NCBI GenBank assembly: GCA_024643325.1
Contig: JAHEND010000002.1
Location: forward strand, 172,269-236,268
Direction of reading: 5' to 3'
DNA: 64,000 nt
Origin: Sediminicola sp.
Lineage (GTDB): Bacteria > Bacteroidota > Bacteroidia > Flavobacteriales > Flavobacteriaceae
Shown: piece by piece, positions 1 to 10,081 of the stretch
How the letters are laid out: each line of letters starts with the position of its first letter
Numbering within the stretch: position 1 is the first letter of the stretch
The notes under the pieces: model-generated
What the model was told of the DNA's origin: nothing
What the model saw: only the letters and a program-made list of their open reading frames with translations
The model's database searches: none
Translations under genes and position numbers: made by a program

Positions 1-213
1 ATTTTTTACCTCATTGGAGTGCACCCTAAATATCAAAACAAAGGACTTACAGCCATTCTATTTCATGAATGTTGGCTTGCCTGTAATAAGAGAGGCATTG
101 AAAAATGTATCAGAACCCCTGAGCTAGAAGAAAATATAGCTATAAAGAATTTATGGAGTGCTTTTGATCCGAAAGTACATAAGCGCAGAAGGACCTATAA
201 AAAAGCCTTGTAA
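1..213 (+). CDS. C-terminal part of a YghO/bCerS-like GNAT acyltransferase (5'-truncated by window edge)
   Basis: Frame open from base 1: IFYLIGVHPKYQNKGLTA (GNAT motif A), then LEEN...KRRRTYKKAL C-terminus resembling the YghO/bacterial ceramide synthase family. Confidence 0.6.
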   Translation: MFYLIGVHPKYQNKGLTAILFHECWLACNKRGIEKCIRTPELEENIAIKNLWSAFDPKVHKRRRTYKKAL

Positions 214-224
214 AAAAACCTATT

Positions 225-263
225 AAAAAAAGCCTGATAGAAAAACTATCAGGCTTTTTTTTT
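225..263. terminator. Bidirectional intrinsic terminator
   Basis: A-tract, AGCCTGATAG-AAAAA-CTATCAGGCT hairpin, T-tract; lies between convergent genes. Confidence 0.9.
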
Positions 264-288
264 AGTGCTCATCTTCTTAAAAAGATAC

Positions 289-1548
289 CTATTCTCCCAT
301 AGCAGCACTTACTGCTGCAGAAAGTCTTTTATAAGTACCATTTTCTAAACGCTCTCTAATCGCTGAAAAAGCGGTTAAAGTGAGGTCTATATCTTCTTGT
401 GTATGAGTTGCTGTTGGTATTAATCTTAACAAAATCAATCCTTTAGGAATTACAGGATATACAACAATAGAACAAAAAATACCGTGATTTTCTCGTAGAT
501 CCTTCACTAATGCCATAGCTTCTGGGATACTTCCATTTAAATAAACTGGAGTAACACAACTAGTTGTAGTTCCTATATCAAAACCTTGTGCCTTTAAACC
601 AGATTGTAATGCATTCACATTACGCCAAAGGTTTTCTTTGAGCTCGGGCTGTGTTCTAAGCATGTCTAAACGCTTCAAGGCTCCTTTAACATAAACCATT
701 GGAAGTGACTTTGCGAACATTTGAGAACGCAAATTGTATTTCAAGTAGTCAATAATTTCCTTATCTGCTGCAATAAATGCTCCAATACCTGCCATAGACT
801 TTGCAAAAGTGGCAAAATAAACGTCTATGTCTGCTTGTATGCCTTGCTCCTCACCTGCTCCAGCACCTGTCTTACCAAGTGTTCCAAAACCGTGGGCGTC
901 GTCTACTAATAATCTAAAGTTAAATTTTTGTTTAAGGGCAACAATCTCTTTTAACTTACCTTGCTCTCCCCTCATGCCAAACACGCCTTCTGAAATCACT
1001 AGGATTCCTCCGCCGGTTTGCTCTGCCATTTTTGTAGCTCGTTCAAGATTTTTTTCTAAACTCTCTATGTCGTTGTGTTTAAAGGTAAATCGTTTACCCA
1101 TATGCAAACGAACTCCATCTATAATGCAAGCGTGTGCGTCTACATCATAAACGATAATGTCATCCTTAGAAACCAATGCGTCTATGGTAGACATTATCCC
1201 CTGATAACCGAAGTTTAAAAGGTAAGAGGCCTCTTTTTCTACAAATTCAGCCAATTCATTTTGTAATTGCTCATGAAAATCAGTGTGACCACTCATCATT
1301 CTAGCCCCCATAGGATAAGCAGCACCATGTTCTAAAGCAGCTGCACCGTCTACCGCTTTTATCTCGGGTAAATTAGCCAATCCTAAGTAATCATTAATAC
1401 TCCAGGTAATCACTTCTTTTCCCCTAAAAGACATTCTATTAGATATAGGTCCTTCTAATTTAGGGAATACAAAATAACCTTCTGCCTGTGAGGCCCATTT
1501 TCCTAATGGTCCTTTATTTTCTTTAATTCTTTCGAAAAGATCTCTCAT
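289..1548 (-). CDS. PLP-dependent alpha-oxoamine synthase family enzyme, probable cysteate-C-fatty acyltransferase (CapB/SulA-like)
   Basis: SINDYLGL, DDAHG and ATFAKS (PLP Lys) motifs; start moved to ATG 1548 (MRDLFER), just downstream of a TACTTTTG box; adjacent to a CBS-like gene. Confidence 0.75.
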   Translation of the reverse strand: MRDLFERIKENKGPLGKWASQAEGYFVFPKLEGPISNRMSFRGKEVITWSINDYLGLANLPEIKAVDGAAALEHGAAYPMGARMMSGHTDFHEQLQNELAEFVEKEASYLLNFGYQGIMSTIDALVSKDDIIVYDVDAHACIIDGVRLHMGKRFTFKHNDIESLEKNLERATKMAEQTGGGILVISEGVFGMRGEQGKLKEIVALKQKFNFRLLVDDAHGFGTLGKTGAGAGEEQGIQADIDVYFATFAKSMAGIGAFIAADKEIIDYLKYNLRSQMFAKSLPMVYVKGALKRLDMLRTQPELKENLWRNVNALQSGLKAQGFDIGTTTSCVTPVYLNGSIPEAMALVKDLRENHGIFCSIVVYPVIPKGLILLRLIPTATHTQEDIDLTLTAFSAIRERLENGTYKRLSAAVSAAMGE

Positions 1549-1567
1549 GCGTGTTTTGAATATGCTA

Positions 1568-1575
1568 CAAAAGTA
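1568..1575 (-). promoter_or_regulatory. Bacteroidota -7 promoter element TACTTTTG
   Basis: Matches TAnnTTTG about 20 nt upstream of ATG 1548. Confidence 0.6.
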
Positions 1576-1653
1576 ATTAATTTTTAACAAGACACCTCAA
1601 TTATTTAGTGTCTGTATCTGTAGTTATTGAATTATTAATAGCGCTTTAAAAGA

Positions 1654-2688
1654 CTATGTTGACGCCTTTTGTGTATCTAATACTTTAGACTCCTCAAGGA
1701 AACCTTGCGCAGACATCCACTCGTCAGAGTAAATTTTACTCATGTATTTTGAACCATGATCAGGAAAAATTACAACCACTTTTGCGTTTTTATCAAATAC
1801 TCCTGAGGCACTAAGTTGTTTTACGCCTTGTAATGCTGCTCCTGAGGTATAACCTGCAAAAATACCTTCGGATTTAGAAATCTCCCTTGCAGTATGCGCA
1901 CTTTCGTGGTCGGTCACTTTTATAAAATAATCAATCGCATTAAAATCAGTCGCTGTTGGCACTAGATTTTTTCCTAAACCTTCTATTCTGTAGGGGAAAA
2001 TATCTTCTGGGTTAATTTCACCTGTTTCGTGATACCCCTTTAAAATAGATCCATAAGCGTCTATTCCTATGACTTTAATTTCTGGATTCTGTTCTTTTAA
2101 GAATTGTGCTGCACCTGAAATAGTTCCTCCAGTACCACTACAGGCTACCAAATGGGTAATTTGACCATTGGTGTCTTCCCATATTTCTGGACCAGTACTA
2201 CGATAGTGAGCCTCGGTATTAAGACTGTTAAAATACTGATTAATATAAATAGAATTTGGGGTGTTTTTATGAATATTCTTAGCCACCTCGTAATAAGACC
2301 TTGGATCATCTGCACTCACGTGGGCAGGGCAAACATGAACCTCAGCACCCATGGCTCTTAACATATCTATTTTATCTGGAGAAGATTTAGAACTCACTGC
2401 CAAAATACATTTATACCCTTTTATAGCACTTACCATAGCAACACTAAAACCAGTATTCCCAGAGGTAGTTTCCACGATAGTGTCTCCTGGTTTTAATATA
2501 CCTTTTTCTTCTGCTATAGTAATAATATGCTGCGCAATTCTGTCTTTAGCAGAATGGCCAGGGTTGAAAGCTTCTAATTTTGCGTAAAATTCACCCTCAA
2601 AACCATGAACGGTCTTTTGAAGTTGTACAAGCGGTGTTTTTCCTATAAGGGGTAGGATACTGTTGTGAGCATGTATCTTTTTATGCAT
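1654..2688 (-). CDS. Cystathionine beta-synthase/cysteine synthase family PLP enzyme, probable cysteate synthase (CapA-like)
   Basis: [26 protein letters not shown] motifs; directly upstream of the CapB-like gene; TAAATTTG box at 2730-2737. Confidence 0.75.
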   Translation of the reverse strand: MHKKIHAHNSILPLIGKTPLVQLQKTVHGFEGEFYAKLEAFNPGHSAKDRIAQHIITIAEEKGILKPGDTIVETTSGNTGFSVAMVSAIKGYKCILAVSSKSSPDKIDMLRAMGAEVHVCPAHVSADDPRSYYEVAKNIHKNTPNSIYINQYFNSLNTEAHYRSTGPEIWEDTNGQITHLVACSGTGGTISGAAQFLKEQNPEIKVIGIDAYGSILKGYHETGEINPEDIFPYRIEGLGKNLVPTATDFNAIDYFIKVTDHESAHTAREISKSEGIFAGYTSGAALQGVKQLSASGVFDKNAKVVVIFPDHGSKYMSKIYSDEWMSAQGFLEESKVLDTQKAST

Positions 2689-2748
2689 GTAACTATTTTT
2701 GTTTTAAATATTCTCTAAAGAATACTCTGCAAATTTAATTGTTTTTTT

Positions 2749-4809
2749 TTAAACCCCTATTTTCTGAGCTAAATCTAAAATAAAGGCATATTCTTTGGCA
2801 ATTTCCTTTAAAGCCTCGAACCTACCCGAAGCACCTGAATGTCCTGCTTCCATATTTATATTGAATAACAAAGTATTTTGATCGGCCTTTAAGTCCCTCA
2901 ATTTAGCCACCCATTTGGCAGGCTCCCAATACTGTACTTGAGAATCGTGATAACCCGTTATAATCAATGTATTTGGATAGTCTTGGGCGCTAACATTGTC
3001 ATAGGGAGAATAAGACATCATATAGTTGTAATAATCCACTTCATTTGGATTACCCCATTCGTCATACTCCCCTGTAGTAAGTGGAATACTACTGTCTAAC
3101 ATGGTCGTAACTACATCTACAAATGGCACACTGGCTATAATCCCTTTATATAAATGTGGGGCCATATTCATGACTGCTCCCATTAAAAGTCCACCAGCAG
3201 ATCCACCATAGGCAAACAAACCGTTAGCGGAAGTGAATTTTTCAGAGATTAAAAATTCTGAACAGGCTATAAAATCTGTAAAAGTATTGCGCTTACAAAG
3301 CAATTTACCATCTTCATACCATGGTCTTCCCAAGTATTCACCTCCGCGAATATGTGCAATAGCATAAATAAAACCTCTGTCTAATAAACTCAGCCTTACT
3401 GTAGAAAAATAAGGATCTGAAGTATGCCCATAAGAACCGTAGCCATATTGGAGCAATGGACTGCTTCCATCTAAAGAAGTGTCTTTGTGATACACTAATG
3501 AGATTGGTATCTTTACACCGTCTTTAGCAGTAGCCCAAACCCTCTGAGAAGTATAGTTTTCCTCTTTAAAGGTGCCACCTAAGACTTCTTGCTGCTTCAA
3601 AAGCTCTTTGGATTTGGTAGCCATATTGTAATCGTATACACTGGCAGGCGTAGTCATACTATTATAGCCAAAACGAAGCACATCTGTGTCAAATTCAGGG
3701 TTTGTACCTACATATGCGGTATAAGTTTCATTGTCAAAAGGTAAGTAATGAGACGGTGTATTAGTGTCCCATGGAACGATTTGAATACAACTTAAACCAT
3801 TTGTTCTCTCTGAGAGCACATAATAGTCTTTAAAAATGGTAATATCTTCAAGTAAAACTTTAGGTCTATGAGGTATAAAATCTTCCCAATGAGTTACATG
3901 GGTGTTAGACTCATGAACTTTCATAACCTTAAAATTAACGGCTTCATCTTTATTTGTGAGTACATAAAAATGGTCTCCATAATGGTTTAAATCATACTCT
4001 AAACCTCTCGTCCTATGGCTAAAAACAACTGGGGTAGCTTCTGGCTCGTCTGCTGGAAATATGCTGTATTCCGTTGTTAAGGTACTAGAAGATCCAATGA
4101 CAATATATTTCTTACTCTTGGTTTTAAAAACATATGCGTTAAAGGTTTCGTCCAACTCTTCATAAATCTTCACATCTTCACTGTCCTGACCTATCTTATG
4201 TCTATAGATTGCCTCTGATCTAAGAGTTTGATCGTTTTTTGAAGTGTAAAAAAAGGTCTGATTATCCGAAGCCCAACAAGCGCTTCCAGTCGTATTCTCT
4301 ATTCTATCCGATAATAACTCACCGGTAATGATATTTTTAACGTGTAAGGTGTATTGTCTCCTAGAAACCGTGTCAGTAGAAAAAATACATAAAGTATTGT
4401 CAGGACTCACGGAGAAACCTCCCAAACTAAAATACTCGTAGTTTTCTGCCAAAACATTACAATCTAACAACAATTCTTCTTCAGCAGACAAATGTTCTTT
4501 TTTACGAGTATAAATAGGGTATTCTTTTCCAAGTTCATACTTGGTAATATACCAATAACCGTTGTGTTTGTAGGGTACAGAACTGTCGTCTTCCTTAATT
4601 CTAGACTTCATTTCTTCAAAAAGAATAGCTTGAAATTCTTTTGTATGAGCTGTAGCCTGATTGTAATAATCATTTTCTGCTTTAAGGTACTCCATCACTT
4701 CTGGAGCATCTCTCTCATTCATCCAGAAATATGGATCTACTCTTTCGTGACCTAAATGTGATAATATTTTATTTTTCTTTGCTGCCTGAGGCGTATTAGG
4801 AAAAGTCAT
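2749..4809 (-). CDS. ptrB: Oligopeptidase B (S9A)
   Basis: DPYFWM, GGSAGG, HDSQV, EAGH catalytic motifs; the track's GTG start overlaps a TATTTTTG box (4830-4837), so ATG 4809 is preferred. Confidence 0.9.
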   Translation of the reverse strand: MTFPNTPQAAKKNKILSHLGHERVDPYFWMNERDAPEVMEYLKAENDYYNQATAHTKEFQAILFEEMKSRIKEDDSSVPYKHNGYWYITKYELGKEYPIYTRKKEHLSAEEELLLDCNVLAENYEYFSLGGFSVSPDNTLCIFSTDTVSRRQYTLHVKNIITGELLSDRIENTTGSACWASDNQTFFYTSKNDQTLRSEAIYRHKIGQDSEDVKIYEELDETFNAYVFKTKSKKYIVIGSSSTLTTEYSIFPADEPEATPVVFSHRTRGLEYDLNHYGDHFYVLTNKDEAVNFKVMKVHESNTHVTHWEDFIPHRPKVLLEDITIFKDYYVLSERTNGLSCIQIVPWDTNTPSHYLPFDNETYTAYVGTNPEFDTDVLRFGYNSMTTPASVYDYNMATKSKELLKQQEVLGGTFKEENYTSQRVWATAKDGVKIPISLVYHKDTSLDGSSPLLQYGYGSYGHTSDPYFSTVRLSLLDRGFIYAIAHIRGGEYLGRPWYEDGKLLCKRNTFTDFIACSEFLISEKFTSANGLFAYGGSAGGLLMGAVMNMAPHLYKGIIASVPFVDVVTTMLDSSIPLTTGEYDEWGNPNEVDYYNYMMSYSPYDNVSAQDYPNTLIITGYHDSQVQYWEPAKWVAKLRDLKADQNTLLFNINMEAGHSGASGRFEALKEIAKEYAFILDLAQKIGV

Positions 4810-4871
4810 ATAATTTTGTTTAAAAGCCACAAAAATACCTAATAAATAAGAGGACTTACTTAGATTTTACG

Positions 4872-5894
4872 TTAAAAACGATTTAAAATTGACAATAAAC
4901 GGCTGTGCATCTCATCGGTGTAATTTAGATGGGTCACCAATCGCAATTTCCCTGATCCCATTGAAATTAGCCTAATGCTATTTTCATCCATTTTATGCAT
5001 AAACGCCTCAGTATCTAGTACAGACTCATTGAGCTCAAAAATAATGATGTTAGTGTCTACAGGAGAAACGGAAGAAATAAAGGCTTTTTCAGATAAGATT
5101 GCTTCAATCTCCTTAGCTTTCTTGTGGTCTTCTTTGAGCCTTTCCCTTTGATGATCCAAGGCATAAATACCTGCAGCAGCTAAAAAACCTGCTTGCCTCA
5201 TACCGCCCCCAAATACCTTTCTGACCCTAAGTGCCTTGGCTATAAAATCTTTAGATCCTAATAATACAGAACCTACAGGGCAACCTAGACCTTTGGACAA
5301 ACAAACACTTATGGAATCGAATAAATCACCGTAAATTTTTGGATCTTCTCCAGTTACAGCTAATGCATTCCAAAGTCTAGCCCCATCTAAATGAAATTTA
5401 AGTCCGTTAGCGATACAAACCTGTTTAATCGCTTTCATTTCTTCAAAATCCCAAATAGCACCGCCTCCTTTATTGGTAGTGTTTTCCAGACTTACCAAAG
5501 TAGTCAGAGGGCTATGGTAAAAGTCCGGAGGATTAATGGCCGCACTCACTTGTTTTGCAGTGATCATACCCCTGTGTCCTTCAATTAATTTACAAGATAC
5601 ACCAGAATTAAAACTCACTCCACCCCCTTCATAATTAAAAATATGGGCATAATGATCACATATAAGCTGTTCTCCTGGCTGCGTGTGCACTTTAATTGCC
5701 GTTTGGTTGGCCATAGTCCCTGAGGGAAAAAATAAGGCAGATTCCATACCAAATAGTGCTGCAGTTTTTTCTTCTAGGGCATTTACTGTTGCGTCTTCTT
5801 TAAATACGTCGTCTCCTACTTTAGCAGACATCATGGCCGCTAACATCCCTTTGGTGGGCGTAGTAACCGTATCGCTTATTAAGTTAATTTCCAT
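4872..5894 (-). CDS. ltaE: Low-specificity L-threonine aldolase
   Basis: SDTVT, PSGTMAN, LENTTN, HLDGARL, CLSKGLG, GGGMRQ. Confidence 0.92.
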   Translation of the reverse strand: MEINLISDTVTTPTKGMLAAMMSAKVGDDVFKEDATVNALEEKTAALFGMESALFFPSGTMANQTAIKVHTQPGEQLICDHYAHIFNYEGGGVSFNSGVSCKLIEGHRGMITAKQVSAAINPPDFYHSPLTTLVSLENTTNKGGGAIWDFEEMKAIKQVCIANGLKFHLDGARLWNALAVTGEDPKIYGDLFDSISVCLSKGLGCPVGSVLLGSKDFIAKALRVRKVFGGGMRQAGFLAAAGIYALDHQRERLKEDHKKAKEIEAILSEKAFISSVSPVDTNIIIFELNESVLDTEAFMHKMDENSIRLISMGSGKLRLVTHLNYTDEMHSRLLSILNRF

Positions 5895-5904
5895 TAATCC
5901 AGAA

Positions 5905-8301
5905 TTAAAATGAGCAATTCATCCCAATGGGAGATCCATCTGGAACCGTTGGCACAGGAATTACCTTAAAATTCTCAGGAGATTTTAAGAATATGCTATA
6001 CCTTCTGTATAATTCTTGCTCATACAGATCTTTGGAGGCAGACAATCTACTCATCTTTTCTTTTAAAAAAGCGTGTGTTATGGCATTTACTTGAGGGTGA
6101 ACCATTTCTTGCTGAGCCAAATTCAACAAATGCGTAAACACCCTAAAATTAATATTCCACTGCACATTATTCATATAGTCATCCTTGTGTTTGAGACCTA
6201 AAGTAGCCTGCCACAAATCAGACAAAACCCCTTCTAAGTCTAGCTGGTTTTTGTCTAGCGCCTTCTGTTGAATTAATCTAGTAGCCCGCTGAGGGTGCAA
6301 TAAAAAACCTAAAGTCATGTCTGCAGAAGTTTCTGGTGCAGATAATGGATCAAAGGTCACTCCCGTTTTTCCTTTAAAGGATTCTCTACCACTATTGTAG
6401 GAGGGAGATCTCGGAGGAAAAAGTGATAATTTTTCTTCAGGAATAGCCATTTCAGCAGCGTCTAAAGTGCGTAACAACATCCTTAACGCTTCTTTTTGCT
6501 CCTTGGCTGCAATGGAATAAGCATCTTGCTGGTTACTACCTTTTACTTGATAGCTATAATCTATTCCACCGATGACTTTAGCGGTAGCCTCTGCCTGATA
6601 GCGGTGAAAAAAATACAATGGTACAAACACGTCTTCTAATACAGAAAGTGGTTCTCCTTGGCGAATATTATGAATACCAAACTGATCAATCGCCTTGGAA
6701 CGCACCGCCAAAACATCTTTAAGTCCCTGTGCTGCTGTAGCACCATTGTCCCAAAGGTGGGCAAAAGCACTAGCACTTCCAGCGGGTCTTGCATCTGAAT
6801 CTGATAGGTATTTTTGACCTTCGGCCGATGCCGCTTCTAAAATAGCATTCAAAGCAACTTGCTCATCTTTTACACTATCAGGAAAATCGCTGTAGGAATA
6901 AGCCACACTGACTTTATCCCAAGACCCAATACCTGTTTCATATGCATTAGAAAAAGATACCTCGCCTTCTTTGAGCTCAAATTGAGGGTGTGGGTAATCC
7001 ATCACAGACGCTTTTTGGTGTGCACTTGCAGCAAAATTATGCATGAAACCTAAGGTATGGCCAATTTCATGGGCAGACAATTGTCTGATTCTCGATACGG
7101 CCATATCCAACATATCTTGGTGGTTGTTATCTCCATTTTTAAAAGGTTCTTTACTCAGGGCTTGGGCAATCATAAAGTCTTGTCTTATTCTTAAACTTCC
7201 CAGACTTACATGTCCTTTTAAAATTTCTCCAGTACGCGGATCAGAGACGTTACTACCATAACTCCAACCTCTAGTAGACCTGTGTATCCATTGAATGACA
7301 TTATATCTTACATCTAGAGGATCTGCATCTTCAGGCAACATTTTAACTTGAAAAGCGTCTTTGTAACCAATGGCTTCAAAAGCTTGGTTCCACCATCTAC
7401 CACCTTCTAAAAGCGCAGACCTAACTGGTTCTGGAGTCCCGTTGTCTAAATAATAAATAATAGGCTCCACTGCTTCACTCACAGCGGCATTGGGGTCTTT
7501 TTTCTCTAATCTATGTCTGGCTATATACCTTTTTTCAATAGGGCTACTCACTGGAGTGGCGTAATCTAAATAAGAAAAGGAATAGGCTCCTGACCTTGGA
7601 TCATAGATTCTTTTCTCAAAATCTAATTCAGGTAAGGCCACAAATGAATGGTGTTGTGCTACAGTCACTAGATTTGGACTAGGCACTACAGACCTTAAAT
7701 ATCTTCCTTTGGCTTTTCCCTTAAAAGTGAGCAATACATCTATTTCAATGTTTTTAGGAAAAGCTTTTGTACGTGCCATATTCATAGCACTCTTGGATTT
7801 ATCTAAAGTAAAACTTCCCTGGTTCGATTGTTGCAAACGATCGCTCACTCCATGGGCGTCTTGCATTAAAAAATCTGTAATATCAATGATGTAGTTGCCG
7901 TTAGACATGGTTTCAATAGGAAATCCGAATAAAACGGAAGAAGAAAATGCCTGCTTAACAGATTCCTTTTCCAGTGCATTGTCTGTAAGGGCTCTATATT
8001 GAAGGTTGGGCTGAATGAGCATGAGCTTATGCCCCATTTTTTTAAAAGACACCACTCGTTCCCCTCCCAATTGGCCCCGATCTAATCCAATATCATTGCT
8101 TCCAATACCACTACTCAGGGAATTAATATAAAGAAACTCTTTGTCTAATTCTGCTACCTCTAGATAAATTTTATCTGAGTCATTGTCATAATAAAAGGGG
8201 AAATAGCCATCGAATTTTTGAAATTGAGTCTTGTTTAAATTGAGTTGACCAAAAACAAAACTGCTCATAGCAAAGCAGCAAAAGGAAAGGAAAACACGCA
8301 T
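5905..8301 (-). CDS. Secreted zinc metalloprotease (EcxA-like, DUF5117/DUF4953 type)
   Basis: Signal peptide ending VFG-Q; HEIGHTLGFMH zinc motif; SVMDY Met-turn. Confidence 0.8.
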   Translation of the reverse strand: MRVFLSFCCFAMSSFVFGQLNLNKTQFQKFDGYFPFYYDNDSDKIYLEVAELDKEFLYINSLSSGIGSNDIGLDRGQLGGERVVSFKKMGHKLMLIQPNLQYRALTDNALEKESVKQAFSSSVLFGFPIETMSNGNYIIDITDFLMQDAHGVSDRLQQSNQGSFTLDKSKSAMNMARTKAFPKNIEIDVLLTFKGKAKGRYLRSVVPSPNLVTVAQHHSFVALPELDFEKRIYDPRSGAYSFSYLDYATPVSSPIEKRYIARHRLEKKDPNAAVSEAVEPIIYYLDNGTPEPVRSALLEGGRWWNQAFEAIGYKDAFQVKMLPEDADPLDVRYNVIQWIHRSTRGWSYGSNVSDPRTGEILKGHVSLGSLRIRQDFMIAQALSKEPFKNGDNNHQDMLDMAVSRIRQLSAHEIGHTLGFMHNFAASAHQKASVMDYPHPQFELKEGEVSFSNAYETGIGSWDKVSVAYSYSDFPDSVKDEQVALNAILEAASAEGQKYLSDSDARPAGSASAFAHLWDNGATAAQGLKDVLAVRSKAIDQFGIHNIRQGEPLSVLEDVFVPLYFFHRYQAEATAKVIGGIDYSYQVKGSNQQDAYSIAAKEQKEALRMLLRTLDAAEMAIPEEKLSLFPPRSPSYNSGRESFKGKTGVTFDPLSAPETSADMTLGFLLHPQRATRLIQQKALDKNQLDLEGVLSDLWQATLGLKHKDDYMNNVQWNINFRVFTHLLNLAQQEMVHPQVNAITHAFLKEKMSRLSASKDLYEQELYRRYSIFLKSPENFKVIPVPTVPDGSPIGMNCSF

Positions 8302-8431
8302 AAGATTGGTTTTTAAGGCGGTTAATAAAAGAGACATCGGCCTGAAAGGCCAAAAATTAACTAAAAACTAAATTTACTAAAATTGATGGTACAACCAAGG
8401 GTAAATAGTATTTTTGCTTAAAATGATTACT

Positions 8432-9533
8432 ATGCTCACAACAGATCAATACAAAGATCTTTTAGATCGCCTTGGTGCGTTAAGGAGGTATCTTTGACGT
8501 AGATGCTAAGCGCATTGAAATAGAGAACGAGGAAGAAAAAACCCTCGCACCTGACTTTTGGGACCAACCACAAAAAGCACAAGCACACCTCAAATTCATA
8601 CAATCAAAGAAAATTTGGGTACAAGGCTATGAAAAAGCCAAATCACTCATTGAAGACTTGGCTGTGATGATGGAATTTGCAGATGCTGGTGAAATTACTG
8701 AAGAAGAACTTAAGACAGCCTATCAAAACACATTGGATGTTTTAGAAGACTTGGAATTCAGAAATATGCTTTCTGAAGAGGGAGACAATCTCTCTGCTGT
8801 CCTACAGATTACAGCTGGTGCTGGTGGAACAGAAAGTTGTGACTGGGCTGCCATGCTCATGCGTATGTATATGATGTGGAGCCAAAAAGCAGGGTTTAAA
8901 ATTAAAGAACTCAATTATCAAGAGGGAGATGTTGCTGGAGTTAAGACGGTTACCCTAGGGATTGAAGGCGATTTTGCTTTTGGTTGGCTTAAAGGAGAGA
9001 ATGGGGTTCATAGGTTGGTCCGTATTTCTCCTTTTGACAGCAATGCGAAGAGACACACTTCTTTTGCCTCTGTGTATGTGTATCCGCTTATTGACGACAC
9101 TATTGAAATTGTCATTAACCCTGCAGACATTTCTTGGGCCTTTGCTAGGTCTGGAGGTGCAGGTGGTCAAAATGTCAACAAAGTAGAAACTAAGGTGATC
9201 CTAACACACCACCCTACTGGAATTATTATTCACAATTCGGAAACCCGTTCTCAGTTAGACAATAGGGAAAATGCTATGAAACTCCTCAAATCTCAGTTGT
9301 ATGAAATTGAGCTAAGAAAAAGGCAGGAAGCTAGGTCTGAGATTGAATCTTCCAAAATGAAAATTGAATGGGGGTCTCAGATTAGAAATTATGTGCTTCA
9401 CCCTTATAAATTAGTAAAAGACGTAAGGTCCGGCACAGAAACTGGAGATGTAGACGCTGTTTTAGATGGCCATTTAGATCCTTTTTTAAAAGGGTTTTTA
9501 ATGCTTATGGGACAAAACGAGGAAACAGATTAA
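8432..9533 (+). CDS. prfB: Peptide chain release factor 2 with programmed +1 frameshift
   Basis: ATG 8432 (alt. 8423) [21 protein letters not shown] ends at CTT-TGA-C (8492-8498); the +1 frame DVDAKRIEI... joins the 8658 ORF; SPF and GGQ motifs. Confidence 0.97.
8483..8498 (+). promoter_or_regulatory. prfB frameshift cassette AGGAGG-TAT-CTT-TGA-C
   Basis: Canonical internal SD, 3-nt spacer, slippery CUU-UGA-C. Confidence 0.95.
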
Positions 9534-9604
9534 ATTGTTTTAACAAACCTTTAACTTTTAGAGACTAAACCAAAGCCAAATATTAAAATCTAACAACAAT
9601 CACT

Positions 9605-10081
9605 ATGAAAGCTATTAAATTTCTCTTATTGATTTTACTCACTTCATTGAGTACTGAAACCTTTGCACAATTTGGCATGGGAGGCATGGGAATGGGTAGA
9701 AATCCTCAAACCGGCAGGAGACAATCTCTAGCTCCTCAAGCGCCACAAAGGCAAGAAAAACCAGAAAACCTTACAGCTGAGCAAATTGTAGACCTTCAGA
9801 TGGACGCTTTTAAAGAGGCTTTAGATCTCAGTGCATTTGAAGTAGCTGTTTTGAGAACCATTCTGGTTAATTCGGTACAAAAGAGAATTGAATTACAACT
9901 GCTTAAACTAACGGATGTAGACCAAATAAGGGCTGCGGTAGAAAAAATTGACAAGGAACAAGAAGAGGCACTGAAATCTGGTTTACCTGCTGAGAAGTAT
10001 GACGCTTTCATAGCCCTACAAGAGGAAGGTTTCAAGAAAACCAAGAAAAAGAAGAAAAAACGAAAGAAAAATAAATCTTAA
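9605..10081 (+). CDS. Exported helical hypothetical protein, translationally coupled to the TonB-dependent receptor
   Basis: Signal peptide TFA-Q, Gly/Met-rich N-terminus, Lys-rich tail; TAATG overlap with the next gene. Confidence 0.7.
   Translation: MKAIKFLLLILLTSLSTETFAQFGMGGMGMGRNPQTGRRQSLAPQAPQRQEKPENLTAEQIVDLQMDAFKEALDLSAFEVAVLRTILVNSVQKRIELQLLKLTDVDQIRAAVEKIDKEQEEALKSGLPAEKYDAFIALQEEGFKKTKKKKKKRKKNKS

Noticed and set aside
8658-9533. prfB as a truncated pseudogene
   Set aside because: The missing N-terminus is supplied by the canonical programmed +1 frameshift at 8492-8498.
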